Below, piece after piece: positions 13,272 through 25,600 of a stretch of DNA of 64,000 nucleotides. The stretch is from the NCBI RefSeq assembly GCF_001194135.2, contig NC_068984.1, forward strand, positions 39,992,353 to 40,056,352, given 5' to 3'. Position numbers and translations under genes: made by a program. The notes beneath the pieces were generated by a model, which did not search any database, was not told where the DNA came from, and worked only from the letters and a program-made list of their open reading frames with translations. The DNA comes from Octopus bimaculoides. Taxonomy: Eukaryota. Numbering within the stretch: the stretch's first letter is position 1; every line of letters starts with the position of its first letter.

Positions 13272-15936
13272 CCTTTCTACTATAAGTAGAAGGCTTGAAA
13301 TTTTGAGGGAGGGGTTCTCATCAATTATATGAACTCCAGTACTCAACTGCTACTTGAGGAAAGGCAAAGTTGATCTGGCAGAATTTGAACTCAGAACATA
13401 AAGATGGACAAAGTGCTATTAAGCATTTTGCTTAGAGTGCTAATGACTCATCCAGCATGCTAACAATTCTGCCAGCTCGCCATCTTAAATAATAATAATG
13501 ATGATTTCTTTATTGACCACAAAAGGTTTACATTAAGAAAAACATTATGGACATTACAAGACAAACAAAAGATGTATGTGTGTGAGTGTATGTCTTGAGG
13601 GTTTTGTGTGTAAAGAGGCTTAACATAATGGAAGAAAAAAACTTTTAATAATGTATAATACTCAATAGGGAGGAGATGTTCAAGGGCTGTTCATGGAAAA
13701 GCCCCATAAAACCATGGGTTCCCTGTCTTCTGGGGTAGGTGCCTTTTCTCTGATTACAGGCGTATTCTTAGGGCAGGTCTGTTCATTCATACCGTTCTTG
13801 CCACTCACATCAACCTTTTAGCAAACTGGCTAGAAGGCAACACTTCCCTCTCTACTCTTATTTTCCTCTTCAAGGGAAACTTGACGAAGTTGATGAGGGA
13901 TTGGCCAAAGAAAAAAATATTTAATAATACTGAAATTATAATTATGACTTTTGAGTAAGTAACATTATTAAGGAGTTTGGTGAATTAAAAGTACTACTAG
14001 TCAGCTATAGTAATGGGGATTTGGGGTAAAATTAGCCTACTGTAGATTATGCCAGCCAAAAAATTAGCCTAAAGTAAGTCTCAGCTCCACCTATAAGAAG
14101 GAGGAAGATTTTAATTGCTATTTTTCTGAAAAGTGTGCATCATATATGTTGTCTCATTCTGTCATTGATGTTTGCTCATTTATATTCCAGCAGCATTTTG
14201 AGGTTGATGTCACCAAATTGAACAATATTATTAAGATGTCAAAATTATGATGACTTTTGGTTGATAATTGATGAGGGATGAGTATGTCTATGTCCTTTGT
14301 GTATTTTTTCTTTCTATTTTCTCTTACTTGTTTCAGTCATTTGACTGCGGCCATGCTGGAGCACCGCCTTTAGTCAAACAAATCGACCCCGGGACTTATT
14401 CTTTGTAAGCCTAGTACTTATTCTATCGGTCTCTTTTGCCGAACCGCTAAGTGACGGGGACATAAACACACCAGCATCAGTTGTCAAGCAATGCTAGGGG
14501 GGACAAACACAGACACACAAACACGTATATATATACATATATACAACGGGCTTCTTTCAGTTTCTGTCTACCAAATCAACTCACAAGGTTTTGGTTAGCC
14601 CGAGGCTATAGTAGAAGACACTTGCCCAAGATGCCACGCAGTGGGACTGAACCCGGAACCATGTGGTTGGTAAGCAAGCTACTTACCACACAGCCACTCC
14701 ATTCATCATCTTTCCATGCAACATTTTCCTATTTTTGATTAATATATAACACCATGCAGCCTTTTTCTTGTTCCCACTCTCAGTGGTCTCCAATATAGTG
14801 ATTTCCATTTTGTGACAACTTCTCTCTATTTATTGTTGTTTCCTATCAATGTTACTTTCACAAATATCTCAATTCTATCATATAGCTGAAAGGTCTTTCA
14901 TGTATAAAAAAAAAATTGCTTTGTCTATTATTTGTTTATCTTTTTATTTTATACATTTTCCAATTGTTATACCTGGGTATAACAAGAACTTGTTATACCT
15001 GAGTATAACAAGTATGTCCATGTAACATAACATACAACAAGCCCCACCTCTACATACAGAACTGTGGTTTGTATAATTGATGTAACCAATATTTCTATCT
15101 TTAAGCTCCCAAATAAATTTTCCTAATAATGTATCATGTAATCTGCATCTGTTATTGAAAGAATGTATGTGATTACTCCATCTAGATATAAATTTTGACA
15201 CTATGGCACTGATATACTTATTTGGTGTGTGAACTGAACATCTATATACTAAATTTGGTCAGTTGCACTTACTATTCAAAGGATATTTATATCAATCCCT
15301 ACAGTTAGACACACTATCAGGTTTACTAGCTAGTGAAGAATTATTAGCAATATCATTACTAAAGTTATTGCTGGAGGAGGAGCAGAATAAATGGTAGTAT
15401 TAAGGAGGATCAAACTGTGTTATTAACAGAAGAGCTAGAGACAAAGTCCTGGGATAATTAGAATCACATATGTAATTGCTAATATTGTTTAATTTCTAAC
15501 TATTAATAGTAACTATATTATCAGTTAAAATAGGTGTGGTGAAGTACATAAATTTACTACATTCCCTCCTCTCTTTATCACTTTGAAAATACCACTAATT
15601 CATTGTCATTCTATCTTCTAAGTGTGAGTAGTCATGTAGCTCCTCTTCGACAAGAACATGCTCTACCTCAACCTCTCCTCCATCTATCAAGGATGTAGTG
15701 TCCCACTCATCCAGTTTTGTAGACTTGCAAGCTACATAGTGACCTACATAGTGGCACAAAGAAAGCATCCAGCTCCATAGTAAAGTGGTTGGAGTTAGAA
15801 AAGCATCCAGCCATAGAAGCCATCCTGAAGCAAACATTGGTGCATAATGACAGTCCTTGGACCCATTGGATTCTTGTCAAACTATTCAACCCATGCCAGA
15901 ATAGAACATGGAAGTTAAATGATGATGATATGTGTA

Positions 15937-15986
<50 letters not shown>

Positions 15987-18395
15987 TGTGTGTGTGTACT
16001 TTGATAATAGGTGTTGGTTTCTTTACATCCCTGTAACTTAGAAGTTTGACAAAAGAGACCAACAGAATAAGAACTAAATTTTAAAATAAGTACCAGGGTC
16101 AATTTGTTCCACTTAGACCCTTAAAGCACAAGAGGCGCAATACAATCAAACTTATGACAGATGTGTAGGAGCAATAAACACTAAGAACATATGGAAAATA
16201 GACTGTTTACTACCTTAAAGGTAGTAGACAGTTTCTGTTATCAAAGAGATCTAGTTAACAGTAAAGGAAGATGTTATGAAATCATAATTGCTAGAGTATG
16301 AACTGGATGGAAAAAGTTCAGAGAGCTATTACCTCTGTTGGTACTAAAAAGGCCTCTCTCATAGGGTAAAATGTAGAATGTATGGTGCTTGTGTACAAAC
16401 AACAGAGTTACATAGTAGTGAGATGTGGATCCTGAATTCTGAGGAAATGCAGCTAGCATGTCCTGTTGGATGTACAATGTAAGTGTGCATGCATGACAAA
16501 GTACAAATGCATTGAGAAATAAACTGCGCACAAGAGAGGTGTTGTGCAAGAGAGAAGACTCAAAATGGTCCATATCTCTGTCCCTGTTTATCAATCACTG
16601 CTTTCACTTCTATATTGCCCTCTCTTATATTGTTTGTTACTCTCCCTTCACACTGTTGTGAACCTACTTACCTACCAATTAATCCTATATTCTCTGTCCC
16701 TATTCTCTCTCTATCCACCATCTTGTACGTTGAGAATTCACTTGCATGCATATCCTCTGCAACAAGACACCTGTTCCTGTCCCTTCATCATACTTTAGCC
16801 TCTCGACACTTAGTACAAAGCCTGCTCCCTCAATACTGTACCTCAACTCTTGCAACTTACTTGGTGACCCCACTACTGCTAATATCTTGAAAAAAGCACC
16901 CAGTATATTCAGTAAAGTGGTTGATATTAGGAAGAGCATCAAGTTGTAGAAACCATGCCAGTGCAGACATTAGAGACCAATGTAATCCTTAGGTTATCTG
17001 GCTACAATCCATGCTAGCATGGAATACAAATGTTAAATGATACACACACACATACAAAACCCTGCAAAAACAGTGTAGTATTCTGCTTAGCCAGCCCCTG
17101 TCGAACTGCCCAACCCATGCCAGCATGGAAAATGGATGTTAAATGATGATGAGGATAATGACAGACACATATACATACATATATTGTTGAGCCTCATGAA
17201 GATGACAAAGGACTGAGATGATTGGCAATTTGCTGTGCTTGAGAAAACCCATCCATCTCCAAAAAAATGAAGTCTTAAAATCATGTCATTTACATCTAAG
17301 CCTTTGCACCAAGCTTTCTTCAGTCAAACCTTCTCCACAACTGACTTTTCTAACACCCATCCCTCCATTACTCTTCTAACTAAAGTACTATCTCATTGAG
17401 CAGAACAACATATATTTCCTCCTCTTTTATACTACCAGTTATTCCTCTCCTCACAACCACTTCCCTTGTCAACCATCATCTCTTACCACTTTATTCTCCA
17501 CTGAATGCTCCTTTTCCCTGGACATCCTCTCATATCTACCATCAATGCCCCTCCACCATTTTTGTCACTATATCTGCCCCAATGTATCTCTGACCTCCAT
17601 CTTTGTCACTGAGAATCCCACTCTCATCATCACCCTAGTTCTCATCTATCTATGGTTTTATTATACTGTTGCTCTCCACCACCCTTCCTTATGTACTACC
17701 ACTTATTCCTTCCTCTTCTCTGATCCATTCCTATTTTCCTTTACCTTCCCTACCAAACTGAGTTTTACCATTACCCATGCCTCTACTATTCACAACATTC
17801 ACCTCTGTCCTCAACTCTGACCATGTATCACTCTCCTATCACACTCTCATGAACCTATCTATCTACCCATCTTCTGTCCCTATTCTCTCTTATATCCATC
17901 TTTTTTGTACCTTGAGGGTACACCACGACACCTCATTTCCACAATCCTTTCCCACTTTCCAGCTAGGGTGGCCATGTATCTCCTGTACAGCAAACACCTT
18001 TTTCTGTCTTTCAACACCTGACAAAAAGCCTTCCTCATCAAAACTGCATACCTCACTCAGTTGAGGGTGGCCTTGATATGAGAGTTACTAGGTGACCATC
18101 AGTAGTGTTGAGACAAAGAAAAGCACTCAGAACACATTAATGTGACTGGCATTAGGAAGGGCATTTAACCATAGAAATCATACCAAAGCAGATATTGGCA
18201 CTCAATGCAGTCCTCTATCTTGTTAGATTTTCTCAAACTCTACAACCCATGCCAGCATATAAGATGGATGTTAAATGATGCTGATAATGAGACATACACA
18301 CAGCTTTATATAGGTATATACATACATGCATACATATATGTATACACATACATACATGTATACATATATACACATACATATATGTATACACACAG

Positions 18396-18434
<39 letters not shown>

Positions 18435-19367
18435 CACACATGCATATATGTATACATATATATATATACACATACATATACATACATGTATAGATATATG
18501 CATGGTGACACGTAAAAGCACCCACTACACTCTCTGAGTGGTTGGCGTTAGGAAGGGCATCCAGCTGTAGAAACTCTGCCAAATCAGACTGGAGCCTGGT
18601 GTTGCCATCCGGTTTCACCAGTCCTCAGTCAAATCGTCCAACCCATGCTAGCATGGAAAGCGGACGTTAAACGATGATGATGATGATGATGATATATATA
18701 NNNNNNNNNNNNNNNNNNNNNNNNNNNNNNNNNNNNNNNNNNNNNNNNNNNNNNNNNNNNNNNNNNNNNNNNNNNNNNNNNNNNNNNNNNNNNNNNNNNN
18801 NNNNNNNNNNNNNNNNNNNNNNNNNNNNNNNNNNNNNNNNNNNNNNNNNNNNNNNNNNNNNNNNNNNNNNNNNNNNNNNNNNNNNNNNNNNNNNNNNNNN
18901 NNNNNNNNNNNNNNNNNNNNNNNNNNNNNNNNNNNNNNNNNNNNNNNNNNNNNNNNNNNNNNNNNNNNNNNNNNNNNNNNNNNNNNNNNNNNNNNNNNNN
19001 NNNNNNNNNNNNNNNNNNNNNNNNNNNNNNNNNNNNNNNNNNNNNNNNNNNNNNNNNNNNNNNNNNATATATATATATATATAATATAGTGTATGAGAGG
19101 TATTGGTGTCAAGAAGACCCAAATGTGTCAGGTAATGCTGAGTAAATGCTATGGACAGACCATAGTTAAGCTCCAGGTTCGATAATGATATGGATGAGGA
19201 GTCCAACGTGGGTCATGTATTAGCATGCATATATATAAATATTGACAGAATGAGATAAAAAAATCCAATATATGTTACCTAAAATATCCTAGAAACAGCT
19301 GTAAGACCTCTTTATAAATATTCTGAAAACTATTCACAGCCTTGGATTTATTTATCTCATTTTGTCA

Positions 19368-19404
<37 letters not shown>

Positions 19405-19569
19405 CACGCACATACACACTCTCTCATCTTTATATATACACACACTCTCTCATCTATCTATCTATCTATCTATCTATCTATATATATATATATCATCATA
19501 ATCATCATCATCATCGTTTAACGTCCGCTTCCCATGCTATACATACATATACACACATACACACTCTCT

Positions 19570-19664
<95 letters not shown>

Positions 19665-22600
19665 TTATATATATTTATATATATATTTATATGTATACAT
19701 ATGTAGAAAGAGAGAGAGAAGGAGAGAGAAAGAGAGAGAGAAGGAGAGAGAAAGAGAGGAGAGAGACCAATGTAAAACAAGATTTATTCATAATGGTTAT
19801 AGGTCCCTTTAATGTGTTGATAAAACAAACTTCTTCTTTGTTGAGAAATGCCGGAAATTTTTGCTAACAAAAGGGCTCATGTACAAAACTGTTAGTCAAA
19901 ACATTTTATTGCAGTAATGTTTTGCTTGGTCAAAAATCTGGTTGCACACAAACAAACAGAAGTTGAATTTTAGTACTATAAAGACACACATGTACACTAA
20001 CCCACATACTTCTATATACACATACATACAAACATGCACACATACAAGAATCGTCATCTTTTCCTCCACTTCTCAGCAATAATGGTTCTTTGAGCAGTAT
20101 CTCCAACATGCAGCTCACATCGCATCTAACTGCCTGGACAATCCCTTCCACTCCACTAGACTCCCTATCTTGCATACACACACATCAAGTGCAGAAATAC
20201 AGTTTGCTTCAAACTAACATAGCCACCAACCATGCATTACATGTGCTCTGGACTTTGCCTTTATACTCAGCAAACTGTCTATGGAGATACACCTTGAAAT
20301 TTGGAAGCAAGCTTCAATATACCCCCATTCAAAGAAAGGCTACCCCTCTGATTCAATTAACTATTACCCTACTGTCCTAACTACTAACAAATTTAAAGGT
20401 AATGGAGGCAACCATTAATAATGATATTCTCCAACAACTTGAATTTCTCTCATTTCTCAATGATCAATAGTTTCTGCAGATTCAGACCCACTGGATATCT
20501 ATTCTATTATGCCCCTCACTAGTGGTTTCTCGCTTTAACCCTTTAGTATTCAAACTGACCGTATCAGACCCAAATATTCTGCCTGTTTCAGGTTCAAGCA
20601 GGCCAGATCTGGTCTCTCACACCTACCCTACAATGCCATTCTAAAAATAAACAACCACATCATTGAAATCTGAAAGCTACAAGGTAATGTATGATAAATT
20701 CAAAACAATGTGAATAAATAAGCATTACATTTGACAGAGTAATCTGAATGCTAAAGGGTTAAAAAAGGTTTGGTGAAAGCAATGTCATTGCCTTAGACAT
20801 CAGCAAACCCTTTGACCATGTCTGCCATGCGAATCTCCAATCAAAACTCCTGCCCTAAAGCTCCCTTTCTCTTATTTCTTTACATCAATGACCTACTTGC
20901 TGCCACATCCAACAGTGCTCATTTTTATGCATGTTATTTGGCCATTCATTCCTCTTCAACTTCCTCAACCATTCATCATCATCTCATAAGAATTTCTGTT
21001 CTGGAGATGAGTTCTTCGCATGTCATTGAACTTCTTGATTGGGACAAGTCTAATGCATATAGCTTTTATTCTGGCAGTTTTATGTCATCATCTTTCATAC
21101 AGAAGGTTTGAGCCTAGTTTATCTTAAAGGCTTCTTCCTCAATTGATTTCCATTGAGCCTTGTGGAAATTCAACTTGGACAGGGTTTGTATACTTTTGGT
21201 GAGGTGGTGGGGTACAAGTTCGCTTGGATTAAACATTGTTAATTTTAGAATGTTACGATCAGAGAAGACTGCAGAAGTCATTTTCACTCTGTGGATGATG
21301 TAGACATTGTATCAGAAACTGACCTCCAATACATTTACTGTTTTTAGTTGAACAGTAGAGAGTTTGTTCCAAGAACTGCTGAAATGAAGCAGTGATTGGT
21401 TGTCTGCAATCTTGCTGTGATACTCATGTGAGAATGTAGTATACTCAGCCAACTCAACTCAATCTAATTCCAGGATCTTTAGAATTGATGAAACTGCACT
21501 TACAAAAATCAACAGCTTAAACCACAGGAGATAGGTTGTTGCAACAACAGTGCCCAACAAAAAACATAAGCTACAGTTAATCAGAAGTCACGGCTATGGT
21601 ACTAATACAATATCAAATGGCTATACATGGTCCAGCATGCTGATGCCAGCATTTTCTTATGGTTTAATCAGAGCTGCATGGCTCAGTGGTTAGAGCATTG
21701 AGCTTACAATCATGAGGTAGTGAGTTTGATTCCTGGACTAGGCTGTGTGTTATGTTCTTGAGCAAGACACTTTATTTCATGTTGCTCAAGTTCACTCAGC
21801 TGCAGAAATGAGTTGCAACATCACGGGTACCAAGCTATATTGGCCTTTGCCTTTTCCTTGGATAACATCGGTGGTGTGGAGAGGGGAGACTGGTATGCGG
21901 TATGCATGGCCAACTGCTGGTCTTCCATAAACAACTTTGTCTGGACTTGTGCTTCAGAGGTAACTTTCTAGGTGCAATCTCATGGTCATTCAGGACTGAA
22001 GGGGGTCTTTACCCTTTTACCCTTTAATCAGAGGAAGAAGGTCAAGACCTGTGACACAAATACACACACACACACAGAGTTATACCCACACAGTCAACAT
22101 ACCCAAGCACAAAAATATATAAATAAAAATGTTTGACAATATAAAATGACAATCTGCATCTTCTAGTTAATGCCTAAAGGCATAACATTTATCCTATTGA
22201 TTGCTTGCTAATTCTCAGTCTCTTTAAACTTTATAAACACATCAGAACATTAATGATGCCTCAGCAACAGCATCATGCTTTACTAGAATAAGGTTAATCC
22301 ATTGTGCTGGATAACTCCTTAACTACATAAGTAAGCTACAATCAAATCTTTTCTTTTGGAATGATACAAAGAAAAAATTTTGATAAAATAACAGTACTAA
22401 CCTGTACTGCTTATATTAATAGGTCGTTCATCATGGGTTCTAGGTGGAACTTTGCCTTCTTTTTTCATTTTCATCCGCATTTCATCAGGTGACATTTTTT
22501 TTTCTCTTTCGTGTTTTTCAAAATCAGGTAAATCAATCTGTCCAACAAGAAAATCTTTGTTATTCTAGATAAACCTTTAACATAGCAAATTCATATTTCC

Positions 22601-25600
22601 TTAATAGCTTTATAAAACTAAGAAAACACAACATACAAAACTAAAATATGCCTTAAGTAAACCTGGATGAAGTTTCAGAAACAAAACTGAAGAGGTTTTC
22701 GTATTGCTAATTTATATCATCTTTCTGAATCTGCACAGAAAATGCTTAAAGATGGAAAGATTGTTTTATTGTTGTTTATGCAAGCATTCTATGTTGCAAT
22801 ATTTAATTATTATATATTTGGCAAATGTATGGAACAGCCATTGAAATACATGAATTTTTTTAGCTTTAAACTGTCCACAGCTGGCTCAAATATTCTATCT
22901 GTTTTATGTTAAAACTGACCAGATCTGGCATCTCATATCTGTCCTACAATCTCATTCTAAAAGTATACAATCACATAATCAAAATCTCTAAGCTACAAAG
23001 ATAATGCATGATTAATTCTAAAACTGTGTATATAAACAAGCATTATATTTGACAGAGTAATCTGAATGCTAAAGGGTTAAAACTATTTAATAGATTTAAT
23101 ATAGGATTTAGAGTAACATAATTGAACGATTGGATATAACTTGCTATCATAATGTGAAAAGCACCATTCGAATGTGGCCATTGCTAGTGGCACCTGACTG
23201 GCTCCTGTGTCAGTGGCACGTAAAAAGCACCATTCAAGCATTGTTCATGCCTGACTGGCTCCCGCTCCTGCCAGTGGCACGTAAAAGGCACCCGCTACAC
23301 TCTTGGAGTGGTTGGTGTTAGGAAGGGTATCCAGCTCTTGAAACCTTGCCAGATCAGATTGGAGGCTGCTGCAGCCTCCTGGCTTGCCAGTCCTCAGTTT
23401 GACAAAGCAAACTGTCCAACCCATGCCAGCATGGAAAGCGGACATTAAACAATAATGACGATGATGAATATCATAGAAGGTATTAAAAGACAAATTGATG
23501 ATCTGTTAACATATCAAGAGAATTATTAATTGCAAAATAATGTCGCCATAGGTTAAGCATTAAAAACAATGTTGTTTACCGATTATCAAAATTCCAGTTG
23601 TACTTAATTCAACCAGCAGAAAATAAACATATTGCCAAACTGAATTATCCTTAGAAATATTTTTGCAAAGTGTCATATAATCTTAAAATTATGATGAGGA
23701 GACGCAATGATAATTAGAACAATGAGTATCACATACTCAAAATCTGTAAGTTACAAAGATAATACAATCGTATAATGATTGAGTCCTTCTTAGGTTGATT
23801 TATAATTGGTTGTAATCAACCAATTACAAATAATAGACTGTCAAGAAAACTGGAAGTTATTTTAAAAATAAACATGTTACATATAGTACTACGTAATACA
23901 TTCAATTTCTATGATATTGACCATAAAGTGAAAAAGAGAGCAATAGATAAAACATTGTAATAAACTAATGTTACTCTTTAATTTGAAGATTTTGTATATA
24001 TTGTTTTACCTTCAAAAATTTTTTTCTTCTTTCTTTTCGGAATTTTGGATTGTAATGCTTTGAAGTTGGATAAAACATTACTTGTTGCTTCATTAACATT
24101 GGCAGTTGAGGATGCTTTAACATACATGGCATCTATAAAAAAACAAATACATATTAATTTAATTACTTTTGTGAACTAAAAAAAGACATGTTAACTTCTG
24201 TTTAAATATACTGTAGTGTGCATGACATACAACTTTGTACTTTTTCCATGGAGTAAATAAGTATCTATTTTTGACTGACTCAAGAACAAAGTAGAATAAT
24301 TGAAGCGAATGAGTAGAATTAGACTTAGCAAAAGAGAGCTTACAGAAATAAGTAGGAAAAAAAAAAAACCATTCAAAAAACCTAAACTAATGCAACACTT
24401 GAAGAAGTTGCTGATTCAAGGAAATTATTTGTGTTGAATTATTGTCAATTTTCAAGCTCCAAGGAGGCAACCATATTATCAAAAATTTTTCAGCCATGAC
24501 CAACTTGTGTTTTTTTTCAAAACTTTTGACCCAGATCACATTATCAAATTTGCCCTTTTTAAGATACAAGTCCATTCTGTGAGTTATTGTTTAGTCTTAG
24601 GTTAACCCTCATCAAAGTGATTCCAGGAAAGGACATAATCTGATATAATCTTAGAAACAGCAAAAAGATTCAGGTCATCTTTTAGGAACATCTATGACTA
24701 TGTCAAATAGTGATTTTTCCTCCCTTAAGAGAGTGGGGTATGATTTAAGGGTGATTCGGCTGCAGTTTCTAGCAAGTTGAGCCACCATGCAGAGGTACAA
24801 TTGCTCTATTCTGTCCAAAACTTTGCTAATATGTAAGCTAAAGATATTTCTCAATTCTTACAGAGTATTGGATTATCTGCAGGCTACTTTAGAACAGAGG
24901 TCATCCAATAGAGTTCATTGAACTGATTTATAATGGTTTTCATCCCTAGAGGTGCTCATGTACCAAAATCACTGATATGTTTGTAGCTACATGATAGCAT
25001 TGTGAACAGAGTTGAAATGATAAAAGTTTAGAGTAGCATTTAGTAGTGATTAAATTTGTGTAGTTGGTGAAAATGTCAAAACTAATTTATGATTATGATA
25101 TGATGTAAGCATGAAATGTGAAAGGATATGAGATGAATATGAATTATCTAGCAAAAAGATGGAAATATGAAAACAGTAATTTGGATTAAAATGTTGAGTT
25201 GGTAGTTGATATCTAACAAATTTAGGATTTACATAAGCAAAGGCCATTGCTGAGATTCTTTGTATTATATAAAAATGAACTCTAAAGAAATGACTTATCA
25301 TTAAATTAGATCAAAATTAGTAGTGCTAACTTAAGCTCCCCACCTTTTTTTTTCTAGCTCTCTCTGCTTTATTTTAGCCATCACTAAGGATTTCAAGATT
25401 GGATTCTGCAGACAGCTTCTGTACAAAAACATAGTCTTGAAACAAAGACCTACAAAAGTTTCAAAGGCCTAGGGACAATATTGTCACTTTCTTCTTCCAT
25501 ACATGTCAGTTTCACTATTTGCTTAATTTCTCAACATCATCCTTATTCTTATATTTTGCAGACATTTAAAAAATTCTTTTACATAACTATATACTGTCTG

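Noticed and set aside
11949-13272. Regularly repeated short units as a CRISPR-like array
   Set aside because: Simple trinucleotide microsatellites without unique spacers, in a eukaryotic context.
15595-15837. Acidic ORF ([18 protein letters not shown])
   Set aside because: No recognisable homology or splice frame; it overlaps an RTE-tail repeat and purine-rich low-complexity sequence.
17330-18060. Long C/T-rich tract with several ORFs (also 7336-7605)
   Set aside because: Low-complexity pyrimidine-rich sequence, partly decayed RTE 3' region; the ORFs reflect composition only.
18205-19812. Tyr/Ile/His/Thr-rich ORFs on both strands
   Set aside because: Translations of (TA)n, (CA)n and (TACA)n microsatellites.
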